DNA of 64,000 nt from Chamaesiphon sp. (lineage in GTDB: Bacteria; Cyanobacteriota; Cyanobacteriia; Cyanobacteriales; Chamaesiphonaceae), in NCBI GenBank assembly GCA_965246715.1, contig CBDFFH010000055.1, positions 128,001 to 192,000 on the forward strand, in the 5' to 3' direction. The notes under the pieces are model-generated. The model was given only the letters and a program-made list of their open reading frames with translations. It had not been told where the DNA came from and did not search any database. A program made the translations under genes and the position numbers. Positions 31,877 to 40,960 of the stretch are shown in pieces. Position 1 is the first letter of the stretch; each line of letters opens with the position of its first letter.

Positions 31877-33058
31877 TTACGGAACACGCCACAATTTGAT
31901 TGTGCCATCTAGACTTGCGCTAGCTAGTGTAGTGGAATGAAGATCGAACTCAATACTAGGCACCAAACTTGCGTGGTTTTCTAGAGATCGAGTCAATTTT
32001 CCTGTAGCTACATCCCACAGTTTAATGCTACGATCGACTCCACTGCTGGCGATCGTCTTACCATCCGCACTAAATTTGACAGAATAAACCGCTCCAGTAT
32101 GTCCTTTGAGCGTATTTTTCATTTCTCCCGTTGACAAATTCCAGAGATTTATAGTTTCGCCGCCGCTAGCTAGCGTCTGTCCATCGGGTGAGACAGAAAT
32201 CGTCATCACTGGAGCCGTATGCCCTAAAATCGATCGGACGATTACTCCCGTCTGCACATTCCAAACCTTAATACTCTTGTCCTCACTGGCACTAATGAGA
32301 TTCTGCCCATCAGGGGTAAATGCCACGGAATAGACGAAGTTTTGATGCCCTGTCAGAGTCTGCTTGAGATCGCCACTCTGGACATCCCACACCTTGATAG
32401 TTTTATCGAAACTTGCCGTCACGAGTGTTTGTCCATCTGGTGAAAATGTTACGCCATAAACGGTTTTTGCATGTTCTTTGAGCGTGACTCGTCGCTCCCC
32501 CAATTTTGCGCCCCAGAGCTTAACAGTGCCATCATCGCTAGCGGTGGCGAGGGTTTTGCTATCGGGACTAAAAGCGATCGCATAAATCAAGCTGTCATGT
32601 GCTGAAAACTCTCTAATAATCGTCCGATCTTTAGCATCCCATATTTTAATTCCACCTGCTGCTGTACTAGCCGCCAGAATCTCACCATCTGGGCTATAGG
32701 TAACAGCGTAGACTGATTTCATAAATCGACTTAGGGTGTGTTCTGGTGTCGTCACAACCTGAGCTGGAACTTGAGCTGGAGCTGGTGTGGGAACGGAGCT
32801 TCCAAATTGGGGTTCGACTGGTTGATATTCTAATGATAAAGATTTTAGATAGGATTGATATGGCGCGAATTTTTGTTTTTGGGAAACTCGATGCATCGAG
32901 AGCGGATATGTAATCACAATTAGCGTAAATACACCAATTAATCCCAGTATATATTTATGTAGTTCTCGGATAGAGATTCGTACAGGCTTACTGATGGTAT
33001 CTGCTAAATCGATCGATTCGGCCAAATCACCACTAAATTCTTGATGTAGGTCATTCAT
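31877..33058 (-). CDS. Membrane-anchored WD40-repeat protein
   Basis: One N-terminal TM and a Pro-rich linker, then seven GH..V..FSPDG..D.TIK.W repeats. Confidence 0.92.
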   Translation of the reverse strand: MNDLHQEFSGDLAESIDLADTISKPVRISIRELHKYILGLIGVFTLIVITYPLSMHRVSQKQKFAPYQSYLKSLSLEYQPVEPQFGSSVPTPAPAQVPAQVVTTPEHTLSRFMKSVYAVTYSPDGEILAASTAAGGIKIWDAKDRTIIREFSAHDSLIYAIAFSPDSKTLATASDDGTVKLWGAKLGERRVTLKEHAKTVYGVTFSPDGQTLVTASFDKTIKVWDVQSGDLKQTLTGHQNFVYSVAFTPDGQNLISASEDKSIKVWNVQTGVIVRSILGHTAPVMTISVSPDGQTLASGGETINLWNLSTGEMKNTLKGHTGAVYSVKFSADGKTIASSGVDRSIKLWDVATGKLTRSLENHASLVPSIEFDLHSTTLASASLDGTIKLWRVP

Positions 33059-33168
33059 AATTAACTTCTCTAGGATATTTGCAGCATATGAGGGTATCTA
33101 CTAATCAGCATCCCTACATATTAATTATGTAAGAATGCCTATATAGTTAGGATCTAAGACCGACTATT

Positions 33169-33423
33169 CTATTTGGGTTCAACAGGTTTATATTCGAGCG
33201 TTAAAGATTTTAGATAGGATTGATATGGTACAAATTTTTGTTTCTGGGTAACTCGATTCATTGCGATCGGATATGTAATTACCATTAGCATGAATATACC
33301 GACTAAACCCAATACATACTTATGCAGTTTTTGGGCAGAAATCCGCATGGGGTTACTGATGGTATTTACAGAATCGATCGATTCGGATAGATTGTCGCTA
33401 AATTCTTGAGGTAGATCGTTCAT
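33169..33423 (-). CDS. 84 aa single-TM protein, paralog of the WD40 protein N-terminus
   Basis: 59/84 residues identical without gaps (hand count); same AGTTAATTATG start context. Confidence 0.8.
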   Translation of the reverse strand: MNDLPQEFSDNLSESIDSVNTISNPMRISAQKLHKYVLGLVGIFMLMVITYPIAMNRVTQKQKFVPYQSYLKSLTLEYKPVEPK

Positions 33424-33466
33424 AATTAACTCGTGTAGATGACATCAAACATTGGAAATATTCAAA

Positions 33467-33937
33467 CTATACCAACGGCAAATAAGGGAACATCGGATGC
33501 CAACTCATCGCCGCCGCTGCTGCAAGTAGCCCAAATGCCCACATAAAAATAGTGCTGGTTTTAACTTGTTTATTTTTGAGTAAATTGTGGAGGATAATCC
33601 AACTGGCAAGCCACCCAACTAGGAGCATGGTTTCTTTCCCCGTATAGCTACCAATATTTCCCCATAATTTATCACCAGTATCGCTACCAGGAATCCATTT
33701 TCCCAGTCCCCAAATAAATTTTTCTCTTTCTTTGGACGTATCAGCAAGATGGTGAGTCACCATCATGGTGAAACAACCAATTCCTGCACTAATTAAAGCC
33801 GCTGCTGCTGAGCCGGATGTTGCAGGTGGTCGATTAGAACCTCTGGCTAAACCTGCGGGAAATCGCTTCAATGTTGCCCATACTTTCCCATAGATAGGTG
33901 TATTTTGTGGCAGTTGTTTCGATCGAGTATCGGTCAT
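33467..33937 (-). CDS. Membrane protein of unknown function (about 3 TM)
   Basis: SGSAAAALISAGIGCF..THHL, GSYTGKET and WHP segments. Confidence 0.8.
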   Translation of the reverse strand: MTDTRSKQLPQNTPIYGKVWATLKRFPAGLARGSNRPPATSGSAAAALISAGIGCFTMMVTHHLADTSKEREKFIWGLGKWIPGSDTGDKLWGNIGSYTGKETMLLVGWLASWIILHNLLKNKQVKTSTIFMWAFGLLAAAAAMSWHPMFPYLPLV

Positions 33938-33971
33938 AATTTAGTTACCTGATAAATATAGCGATAAGTTA

Positions 33972-34598
33972 TTAGAGAGCATGAATTTTGGCGATACCTA
34001 ATCCAGTGACTAAGCCACCCATTGCAAAGAACATCAGTCCCATCAGTGCAACGCAAGTAGCTGAGAGAACAACGCGATATTTTTTTTCTAAAATTGCATC
34101 GCCATAAGACCACAAAATCCAAGCACAAGCTACACCAATTGGCAGCGTAAATAAGACGCTAAATTCGTGATATTCCATCAAGATGTATTGTGTTAGCGGG
34201 CTATTTTCTTTGAGCCAAGCTCTCGCACCACCAAATTCGGCATCAGCACGATAGCGCATGTACGCCCAGTTACCCGTAGCAATCGCCAAAAATGCGATCA
34301 AAGTTGCCCAGAATGTCAACGTCCGTACTTGCGGTAAAATCTTCGCCGAGCCGCGTAGGAGGGGAAAGGCTAAATGTCCGGTATAGACCGACACAACAGT
34401 TGCTAGCAGGGCACCAAAGCCGTGAATAGCACCGATCGATCGTTGCCAGGGGCTAGGATGTAAGAGATTGAAAAACGGCAAGAATAAAAATATGCCTGCG
34501 GAGAGAATACTCAATCCATAGATACAGACTTGAGCCAAGTCTAATTGCTTGGGAAATTCTCGATCTATTGATGTATCTTCAACTGATTCTACTGTCAT
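33972..34598 (-). CDS. Membrane protein of unknown function (about 5 TM, His in helices)
   Basis: AIHGFGALL..YTGH, GNWAYMRYRA and MEYHEF segments. ATG 34598 preferred over the upstream TTG at 34679. Confidence 0.8.
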   Translation of the reverse strand: MTVESVEDTSIDREFPKQLDLAQVCIYGLSILSAGIFLFLPFFNLLHPSPWQRSIGAIHGFGALLATVVSVYTGHLAFPLLRGSAKILPQVRTLTFWATLIAFLAIATGNWAYMRYRADAEFGGARAWLKENSPLTQYILMEYHEFSVLFTLPIGVACAWILWSYGDAILEKKYRVVLSATCVALMGLMFFAMGGLVTGLGIAKIHAL

Positions 34599-34765
34599 AA
34601 TTGAGAGTTTAAATTTGAGTAAATTTGCTGAAAATAGCAGCTTTAAATTTCGACACTTATCTATTTTACTGCTAGCCAATCTGCTCTCAAATACTAGGGT
34701 ACTTGAGAGCTAACCACATTCATTTGGGGTATCTCTAAGCGATGAAGCATATTTATTGCCATAAC

Positions 34766-35815
34766 TTATAAACCTACAAACATCAATAAAAAAAGTAAAA
34801 AAGATCCGATTTTTTGACTTGACCAAAAGTCGCGAGATTTGTAAATAAGTTGGGTGGGACTATCTTTGGGGAAAAAGAAACTAGATGAAGGAGCTAGATC
34901 TTGTGGATCTTTAAAATCATAATTTGATTTAGGTGTGTCCTTGGGGAAAAAGAAGGAAGAAGTCGGCTTGACTAATTCCGAGCTTTCTGGCTTTGCATCC
35001 ATTCGCCCGACCGGTTCCAATAGCTCTGCTTCAAGTTCATGTTCCGCTGGATCTGGTGCGGGAATCGCTGCTGAAATATCTACACCATCTTCGATCTCAA
35101 ATAATCCCAATCGAGTGGAGATCTGTTTTTGTACCCATATTTCAAATAGTTCATCGATTAGTATTTGATGTAAACTATCATTTAAATCGGCAAGAATATA
35201 ACGATCTAATCTCACAAATGTGTATAAATTACTCAAGCTAAAAATCGGTGATATTTCACCCTCTTGGAGAGTGCGTAGCTGAGGTACGATCTCTGGATAA
35301 ATTCGATCGATATCGATCGCGACAACTCTGCCACCATCCTTAGCTGAATCGCCCTGGGAATACCTAAATGCTAAGTCCGAAAAAGATTGTTCGCCCCGTT
35401 GGACTCTAAAAAATAGTTCTTCAGCTAAGCCGCGATCGGCCACTTGCATCAGTGAAAATTCTAATCGATCGAAGCTATTTTTACGCTTTAAATAATAACT
35501 ATATACTCGATTGCCCCACCGAGATTGTTTGAATTTTTGTAGTCTTAAATGGCGATCGACAATCTTATAAAGTTGGAGTTGATTTAGCCCTTGATAGCCT
35601 GCTAACTTGCTAATTCGATCGCATCCTTCGGCAAATTCTTCCCGATTGTAAGGAATTTTGCCATCGATCTCGATGTCCCACTCTGCCAAAATTTCATCGA
35701 TCATCATCTCCCTCAGCAAGGAAGGGAGCAAATCGGAACTACTTAATTGTTCACAAATTGCATCTGTAGTAAATGTACGTTTTCCGACCTGAATCGTTGA
35801 GGACATGGCTGACAA
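34766..35815 (-). CDS. PpiC/parvulin-like peptidyl-prolyl isomerase with a C-terminal extension
   Basis: AEELFFRVQRGEQSFSDLAFRYSQG..GG and L.EGEISP motifs. The tail has PxSSFFFPKDxP twice and a terminal hydrophobic helix. Confidence 0.8.
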   Translation of the reverse strand: MSAMSSTIQVGKRTFTTDAICEQLSSSDLLPSLLREMMIDEILAEWDIEIDGKIPYNREEFAEGCDRISKLAGYQGLNQLQLYKIVDRHLRLQKFKQSRWGNRVYSYYLKRKNSFDRLEFSLMQVADRGLAEELFFRVQRGEQSFSDLAFRYSQGDSAKDGGRVVAIDIDRIYPEIVPQLRTLQEGEISPIFSLSNLYTFVRLDRYILADLNDSLHQILIDELFEIWVQKQISTRLGLFEIEDGVDISAAIPAPDPAEHELEAELLEPVGRMDAKPESSELVKPTSSFFFPKDTPKSNYDFKDPQDLAPSSSFFFPKDSPTQLIYKSRDFWSSQKIGSFLLFLLMFVGL

Positions 35816-35947
35816 ATTCGAGTGTTATAGATCTTAAAACTGGTGATGTGCCAGATTTTGATGATTGTTCGATCGTATTGACTTAGGCCAGGATATTTAC
35901 CCACCCCACCCCCCGACAAAGAACTGGGAAAATCCCCTCCCAGGAGG

Positions 35948-36121
35948 CTACGGTGGATACACAAGTCGGCTAGACTTCGTTGTGAGATCTGAATCCCCCT
36001 AAATCCCCCTAAAAAAGGGGGACTTTGAATTCTAGAATTCGATCTTAGCCCCCTTTTTAAGGGGGTTTGGGGGATTAAAAATCCATGCATCAACTCAAAC
36101 GGACTTGTGTATACACCGGAA
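35948..36121. mobile_element. MITE (174 bp) inserted in a small dispersed repeat
   Basis: TIRs CTACGGTGGATACACAAGTC and GACTTGTGTATACACCGGAA. 9 bp TSD CCCAGGAGG at 35939-35947 and 36122-36130. Internal CCCCCT-A/T-AGGGGG hairpins. Confidence 0.85.
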
Positions 36122-36186
36122 CCCAGGAGGGGTGCCTGCAAGGCAGCACATTTATAGTGCGGGTGGGTAGATCTACGCAGCAACAA

Positions 36187-38217
36187 TTATGCAGGCAGAC
36201 CAACATTTACAACTGGTTGAGTATTTGTCAATAGAGGATTGACAGTTTCGAGTAGGTTGACACCGACCAGAGTAGAGCCGCCAATACCACTTGTGGCTAC
36301 CACTGGAGTAATAGTATTCGTGTCAGTTGCATTGACAACACTATTACCGGATGAAACGGTAGTCCCAACCTTGGCGATCTCTTGAGCAACAGCAGTAGTT
36401 GCAGTTTTTGCCAACGGGCTGGTAGTCGCACCAGTCACAACCTTGTTAGCCAGCCCTTTCAACTCATAAGAGCGAGTTCCGACGGTATCTTTGCCTGTCA
36501 CAGCATCTTTGTAGATGAAAGTTCCAGTTGCGGCAATATCCCCAAAGTTATTGATGCTCACAGCACTAGTCAAGACAACTTTCGCACCGTTATAGGTAAG
36601 AGGTTTAGTGACTAGACTATTTAAGTCAGTCATTTTTCTTTCACTCCAGATAAAAGCATGGTTTTCTAGTGTTTTGCCATCAGCCCCCCCTAAGACTGTG
36701 GTTTGGGATGAACCGACTACTGTGCCAAAGGAGTCGATCCCATTGACTGAGCCTGTTTTACCACCCAAACTACCCAAGTCGGTAAGTTTACCGTCGCGGA
36801 GGATGAATGGGTTAGTAGCTGCTGCGGTGCCAGTCAGCCCATTACTTTTCGCACCGATAATCTGACCTGCATCATTGATATCGCGTAAGCTAGCTTGTGC
36901 CGCACCAAAAGTACCAAGATTTTTGAGTTGGTAAGCACCCTTAGCATCTTTCTCCCAGATAACGGCTGTGTTCGTAAATGTCTCGTCGAGCTTGCCATCG
37001 CTATCGAGAGTTCCGACAATTTGCCCTTTATTGTTGATTCCTTGCGCAGTACCACCATCGCCACCTAAATCTGCGAGGTCGGTAACCTTACCATTTTCAA
37101 ACACAAGGGGATTCTCAAATCCGTTAGAGAGGATATTGCGACCAGCAATTTGATTGCTATTGTTGGCATCAAAGAAGTAGCTCTCCAGACCACCAAAATC
37201 ATTAATTGTCAGTTTGTATTTAGCCCCATCTGGTTCCCACGCCAGTGCCCGATCTGTTGCGACCGGGATCGGTTGACGGACTTCATCAACAGTACCGATG
37301 ACTACTCCCCGATTGTTGATATTTCTGACATTAGGTACCAGTATATTCACTGTGGAGCCATTAGCTGCCCCAAAGTCAGATTCACCTTTTTTCACACCAA
37401 CGTTGGTCAGTGCTGTCAGCTTGCCTTTTTCCCAAACAAATCCTTGACGGGTAATGTTGCTTTGGAGAACGCTAGTAGTGGCATTCTCGTTGAGAAAGGT
37501 AAAAGCAGTATCATAACGTCCAGCAATTTGCCCAAAGTCATTGATTCCGGCAGCAATAACGTTAGCATTTGGATTCGTAGTATTGAACGAACCTAATTCT
37601 GTCGCTTCATAGCTATAGAGTGGCGAACTATCGAGGAGTGCGGCGGAACCACCTGCGGCACCTTTGAGTGTGGCAACGAGAGTTTTACCATCCATTACCA
37701 GTGTGTCCGATCCTTTAGTGGTAAAGGTCAAAGACTTACCCAGTAAGCTTTCGCCTAGACGTAGCTTATCTTTAGCGAGATCGAATCCGGTAATAGTGAC
37801 ACTACCTTTACCGCCTTCAAGTACGATCTTGTTGTTGCCACCACCCAGGCTGATTTTATCGTTACCAGTACCAGCATTGATAATGCTGTTGCCAAATAGG
37901 GCGGTAATATCATCGTTACCTGCACCGCTATAGACTACGTTGTCGCCAGCACCAACGGCAATGTTGTCATTACCTTTGCCTGCTAAGATGCGATTTTTAC
38001 CACTACCTGCATTAATCCGGTTCTTGCCATCGCCAGCATCAATGAAATCATTGTCATCACCAGTCGCAATGACATCATCCTCTTTGCCAGTCCGAATTAG
38101 GTTAATGCCACTACCGCCGTTGATATTGTTCTTATAATCACCACCCTCAATGATATCGTTATCCGCTCCAGTGGTAGTTGGTGTGCCGTTTTTGGAGATC
38201 GTGTATGTTGCTGCCAT
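36187..38217 (-). CDS. RTX Ca-binding repeat plus HAF-repeat (DUF3466-like) extracellular protein
   Basis: GxGND nonapeptides at the N-terminus; repeats DLGSLGG..GIN..GQIVG; ENHAFIW; Thr/Val-rich tail. Confidence 0.85.
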   Translation of the reverse strand: MAATYTISKNGTPTTTGADNDIIEGGDYKNNINGGSGINLIRTGKEDDVIATGDDNDFIDAGDGKNRINAGSGKNRILAGKGNDNIAVGAGDNVVYSGAGNDDITALFGNSIINAGTGNDKISLGGGNNKIVLEGGKGSVTITGFDLAKDKLRLGESLLGKSLTFTTKGSDTLVMDGKTLVATLKGAAGGSAALLDSSPLYSYEATELGSFNTTNPNANVIAAGINDFGQIAGRYDTAFTFLNENATTSVLQSNITRQGFVWEKGKLTALTNVGVKKGESDFGAANGSTVNILVPNVRNINNRGVVIGTVDEVRQPIPVATDRALAWEPDGAKYKLTINDFGGLESYFFDANNSNQIAGRNILSNGFENPLVFENGKVTDLADLGGDGGTAQGINNKGQIVGTLDSDGKLDETFTNTAVIWEKDAKGAYQLKNLGTFGAAQASLRDINDAGQIIGAKSNGLTGTAAATNPFILRDGKLTDLGSLGGKTGSVNGIDSFGTVVGSSQTTVLGGADGKTLENHAFIWSERKMTDLNSLVTKPLTYNGAKVVLTSAVSINNFGDIAATGTFIYKDAVTGKDTVGTRSYELKGLANKVVTGATTSPLAKTATTAVAQEIAKVGTTVSSGNSVVNATDTNTITPVVATSGIGGSTLVGVNLLETVNPLLTNTQPVVNVGLPA

Positions 38218-38694
38218 AATGGTCTGGTTAAATTGTGAGGATAGTTGTGAATGACTGGATTAGCCTTACCCAAGCGATTTTTCGCAGGAAAGGCTACGCC
38301 ACCGATTACAATCTAGGTAGTTATTTATTTTGCTGCTGACCGATCCCTTAACACCTCGTAACTAGAGTTATCGGGATAGTTAAGTCGATCGGCTAGCTTT
38401 TTTGTTACTCTGCAATGCTCTCGGAGATACTACTCAATCATCGATCGAGATAACTAAATCTAGCTTATTGCAAATCAATCTCATTTAATATAGCATCTAT
38501 GTGAAATTGTCGATCGACAAGTTTAATGATAATTTCTGAAATAAAGTAACCCAATACATCAGGAAAGTTAAACTTAACACCCAGATCGATGATTGACTGT
38601 ATAAATACTTAGATTTAATTGACAATTAGATCGATCCGTATCAGCAATTATGCGTAAATTGCGAGCATTGCGATGACAATCTGCAATATTATCC

Positions 38695-38913
38695 TAGAGC
38701 GTGTCATCAATTAGGTAAAATTAGATAAAGGGAAAAATTATCAAGATGATGACAATGAGACGATACAGGTTCAGGGTACCCAAACAAGATTGATTGAAAA
38801 CTTGGTTAGAACTACCAAATGGAATTCCATCCCCAGATACCTTCAGCCGCGTATTCGCCAGAATCAACCCAACCGAATTGCAAAAGTGCTTTCTAGGATG
38901 GATGGCAGTGATT
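38695..38913 (+). pseudogene. Chimeric IS scar: IS5-like end plus ISAs1 transposase fragment
   Basis: 38781-38913 reads KQD*LKTWLELPNGIPSPDTFSRVFARINPTELQKCFLGWM, which aligns to the ISAs1 proteins in this window. The upstream TAGAGCGTGTCATCAATTA...ATGAGACGATAC resembles an IS5-type end (tentative). Confidence 0.7.
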
Positions 38914-39107
38914 GGCACGAACGTTTGACGATCTACCAATCACTGCCATCCACCACATCTCTAGCGATCGTCGTTCGACGACGCGCAAGCTTTGAGAACA
39001 TTCGTACTTTAATTGGGATTTCTGGTATTGATAGCCAGTAACAACACACCTGAGTGATTTTCCCCACAGCTTGCTCTTTTACGTTTTTGACTATCCATTC
39101 ACTGTGG

Positions 39108-39578
39108 TTACGATCCGGCAGATATTTGTTTTAACTGAGTTAAGACAATTTCAGCATGATTTTTAACTTTGACATTCGACCAGATCTGACTAATTTTTCC
39201 AGTCGGATCGATGAGAAAAGTCGATCGAATGATACCCATATATTCTTTACCCATAAACTTCTTTAACTGCCATACCTCATATCGATCGGCAATTTGATGT
39301 TCGTGGTCGCTCAATAAGATAATTTCTAGATTATGTTTAGTAATAAATTTTTCATGAGAAGCGATCGAATCTGGACTGATGCCAACGATTTCAGTATTTA
39401 ATGAGTGAAACTCGGCTAATTTACTATTAAAATCGATCGCTTGGGTCGTGCAGCCGGGAGTATTATCTTTCGGATAAAAGTATAGGAGTAGCCACCGATC
39501 TTTAAAGTCTTGCAGACTAACAGTTGTGCCAGTCCGATTTGGAGCGGTAAATTCAGGAGCAGCTTGTCCGACATTCAT
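39108..39578 (-). CDS. bcp: Peroxiredoxin Q/BCP
   Basis: YFYPKDNTPGCTTQA and GIIRSTFLID motifs. Confidence 0.93.
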   Translation of the reverse strand: MNVGQAAPEFTAPNRTGTTVSLQDFKDRWLLLYFYPKDNTPGCTTQAIDFNSKLAEFHSLNTEIVGISPDSIASHEKFITKHNLEIILLSDHEHQIADRYEVWQLKKFMGKEYMGIIRSTFLIDPTGKISQIWSNVKVKNHAEIVLTQLKQISAGS

Positions 39579-39626
39579 CTGAATCTGTAGTTTTAGAACT
39601 CAGCAATTATAACTTATCGATCGAGT

Positions 39627-40283
39627 CTAAAATCCAGTATTTGCCGTGCTCGGATTGGTAGCTGGAGATTTTTTAGCCGCACCAGCAAAAACTTGCTGCT
39701 CCCACTCACCCAGGTTTTTATTTACTTGGGGCTTACGGCTGGCACTTTCATTGAGCGAACTGTTACCATCTCGAGCGAAACTGAAAATTTGTTGAATAAT
39801 GGCCTCCGGATTGCTGGCATTTTCCGGCTTGAGCGTAAATAATAGATTTTTGCTACTGCAAGTTTTGTCGTTAGCTGGCAGGGCACAAATAACCGATTGA
39901 CTGTTGAGTTTACCACTTGCTAGTTGAATATCTTTGAACGTACCACCATTGAGATTTGCGGCTTTTTGGAGGCGGGCGGAGACGATTTGGCAGCGCTTTG
40001 CTGGTGTATATTCTTTACCAAAGCCACCATAACTCCAAGTTAACATTACTGCCTCGCGATCGCCTTTTTGAACGATCGTTTTCAGACCTTGACAGCTTAC
40101 TTTAAGTCCCGATGTCACTGATGGCGGTGTCGGCTCTTGCTGGATATCGGGCTGAGAATTGCCAGCAGGCTGCTTGCCATCGACTACCAAAGGTATCTGG
40201 GCTTGGGCTAATTGGGAGATCGAGATTGTCAGCGCAGTGACAATGCCAGCCAATAAAATATCGAGCGCGGTTATAGATTTCAT
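39627..40283 (-). CDS. COP23 domain secreted protein
   Basis: Signal peptide; YTPAKRCQIVSARLQ, G.LNSQSVIC and LLFTLKP motifs. Confidence 0.85.
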   Translation of the reverse strand: MKSITALDILLAGIVTALTISISQLAQAQIPLVVDGKQPAGNSQPDIQQEPTPPSVTSGLKVSCQGLKTIVQKGDREAVMLTWSYGGFGKEYTPAKRCQIVSARLQKAANLNGGTFKDIQLASGKLNSQSVICALPANDKTCSSKNLLFTLKPENASNPEAIIQQIFSFARDGNSSLNESASRKPQVNKNLGEWEQQVFAGAAKKSPATNPSTANTGF

Positions 40284-40960
40284 CTTTATTCATTTACGGT
40301 TAAATACTGGCGATATGCTTGGTGGAGTTACTTTAACAGCCGCGTTCGAAATTCTATCCTACTGTAGATTGGCATGTTTACCGCTACATCAGCGCGATGC
40401 CATTTTCCGTATATTTTACGCCAAACGAGCCAACCGAATTCGATCGCAACCAAAGAGATCCTTTTTTTTACCACAGAGGCGCAGAGGGCGCAGAGGGCAT
40501 ACAGAAAAGACTAATCTTAGTCTTAAAGCGGGAAGGGAGTAAAGAGTGCTGAAATTCCCGCAATTGCCGAAGACAAAGTAGAGTGGAGAAGTAGCTGACA
40601 ACAGGGAGCAGGAAATTGGAAACACCCCAAATTTCAAGCAGTGAAGAACAGATGAAATCATACTACGAATCCCTGACAGAGAAAGATCGACGGCGATATG
40701 CAGCGATTGAAGCAAACAAACGGGGATATGGTGGGCTAGGACAGATCGGTTTTATTGTTGGGATGCAACTACAGAACCATTAGGAAAGGAATAACGGAGC
40801 TGAAACAGCCGAGTTTAGGCAACAGTCCCAGTATTCGTCGTCCAGGTGGGGGTAGAAAAAAAGCCATCGAGACGATTTCAGGAATTAATGAAGCATTTCT
40901 GAGCGTAGTTGAACATCATACAGCAGGTTCACCAATGAACCAGGAACTAAAATGGACAAA

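Noticed and set aside
35743..36186. 147 aa ORF
   Set aside because: It runs through the MITE and dispersed repeats; repeat-derived and spurious.
38790..39041. 83 aa ORF
   Set aside because: Off-frame reading of an ISAs1 fragment.
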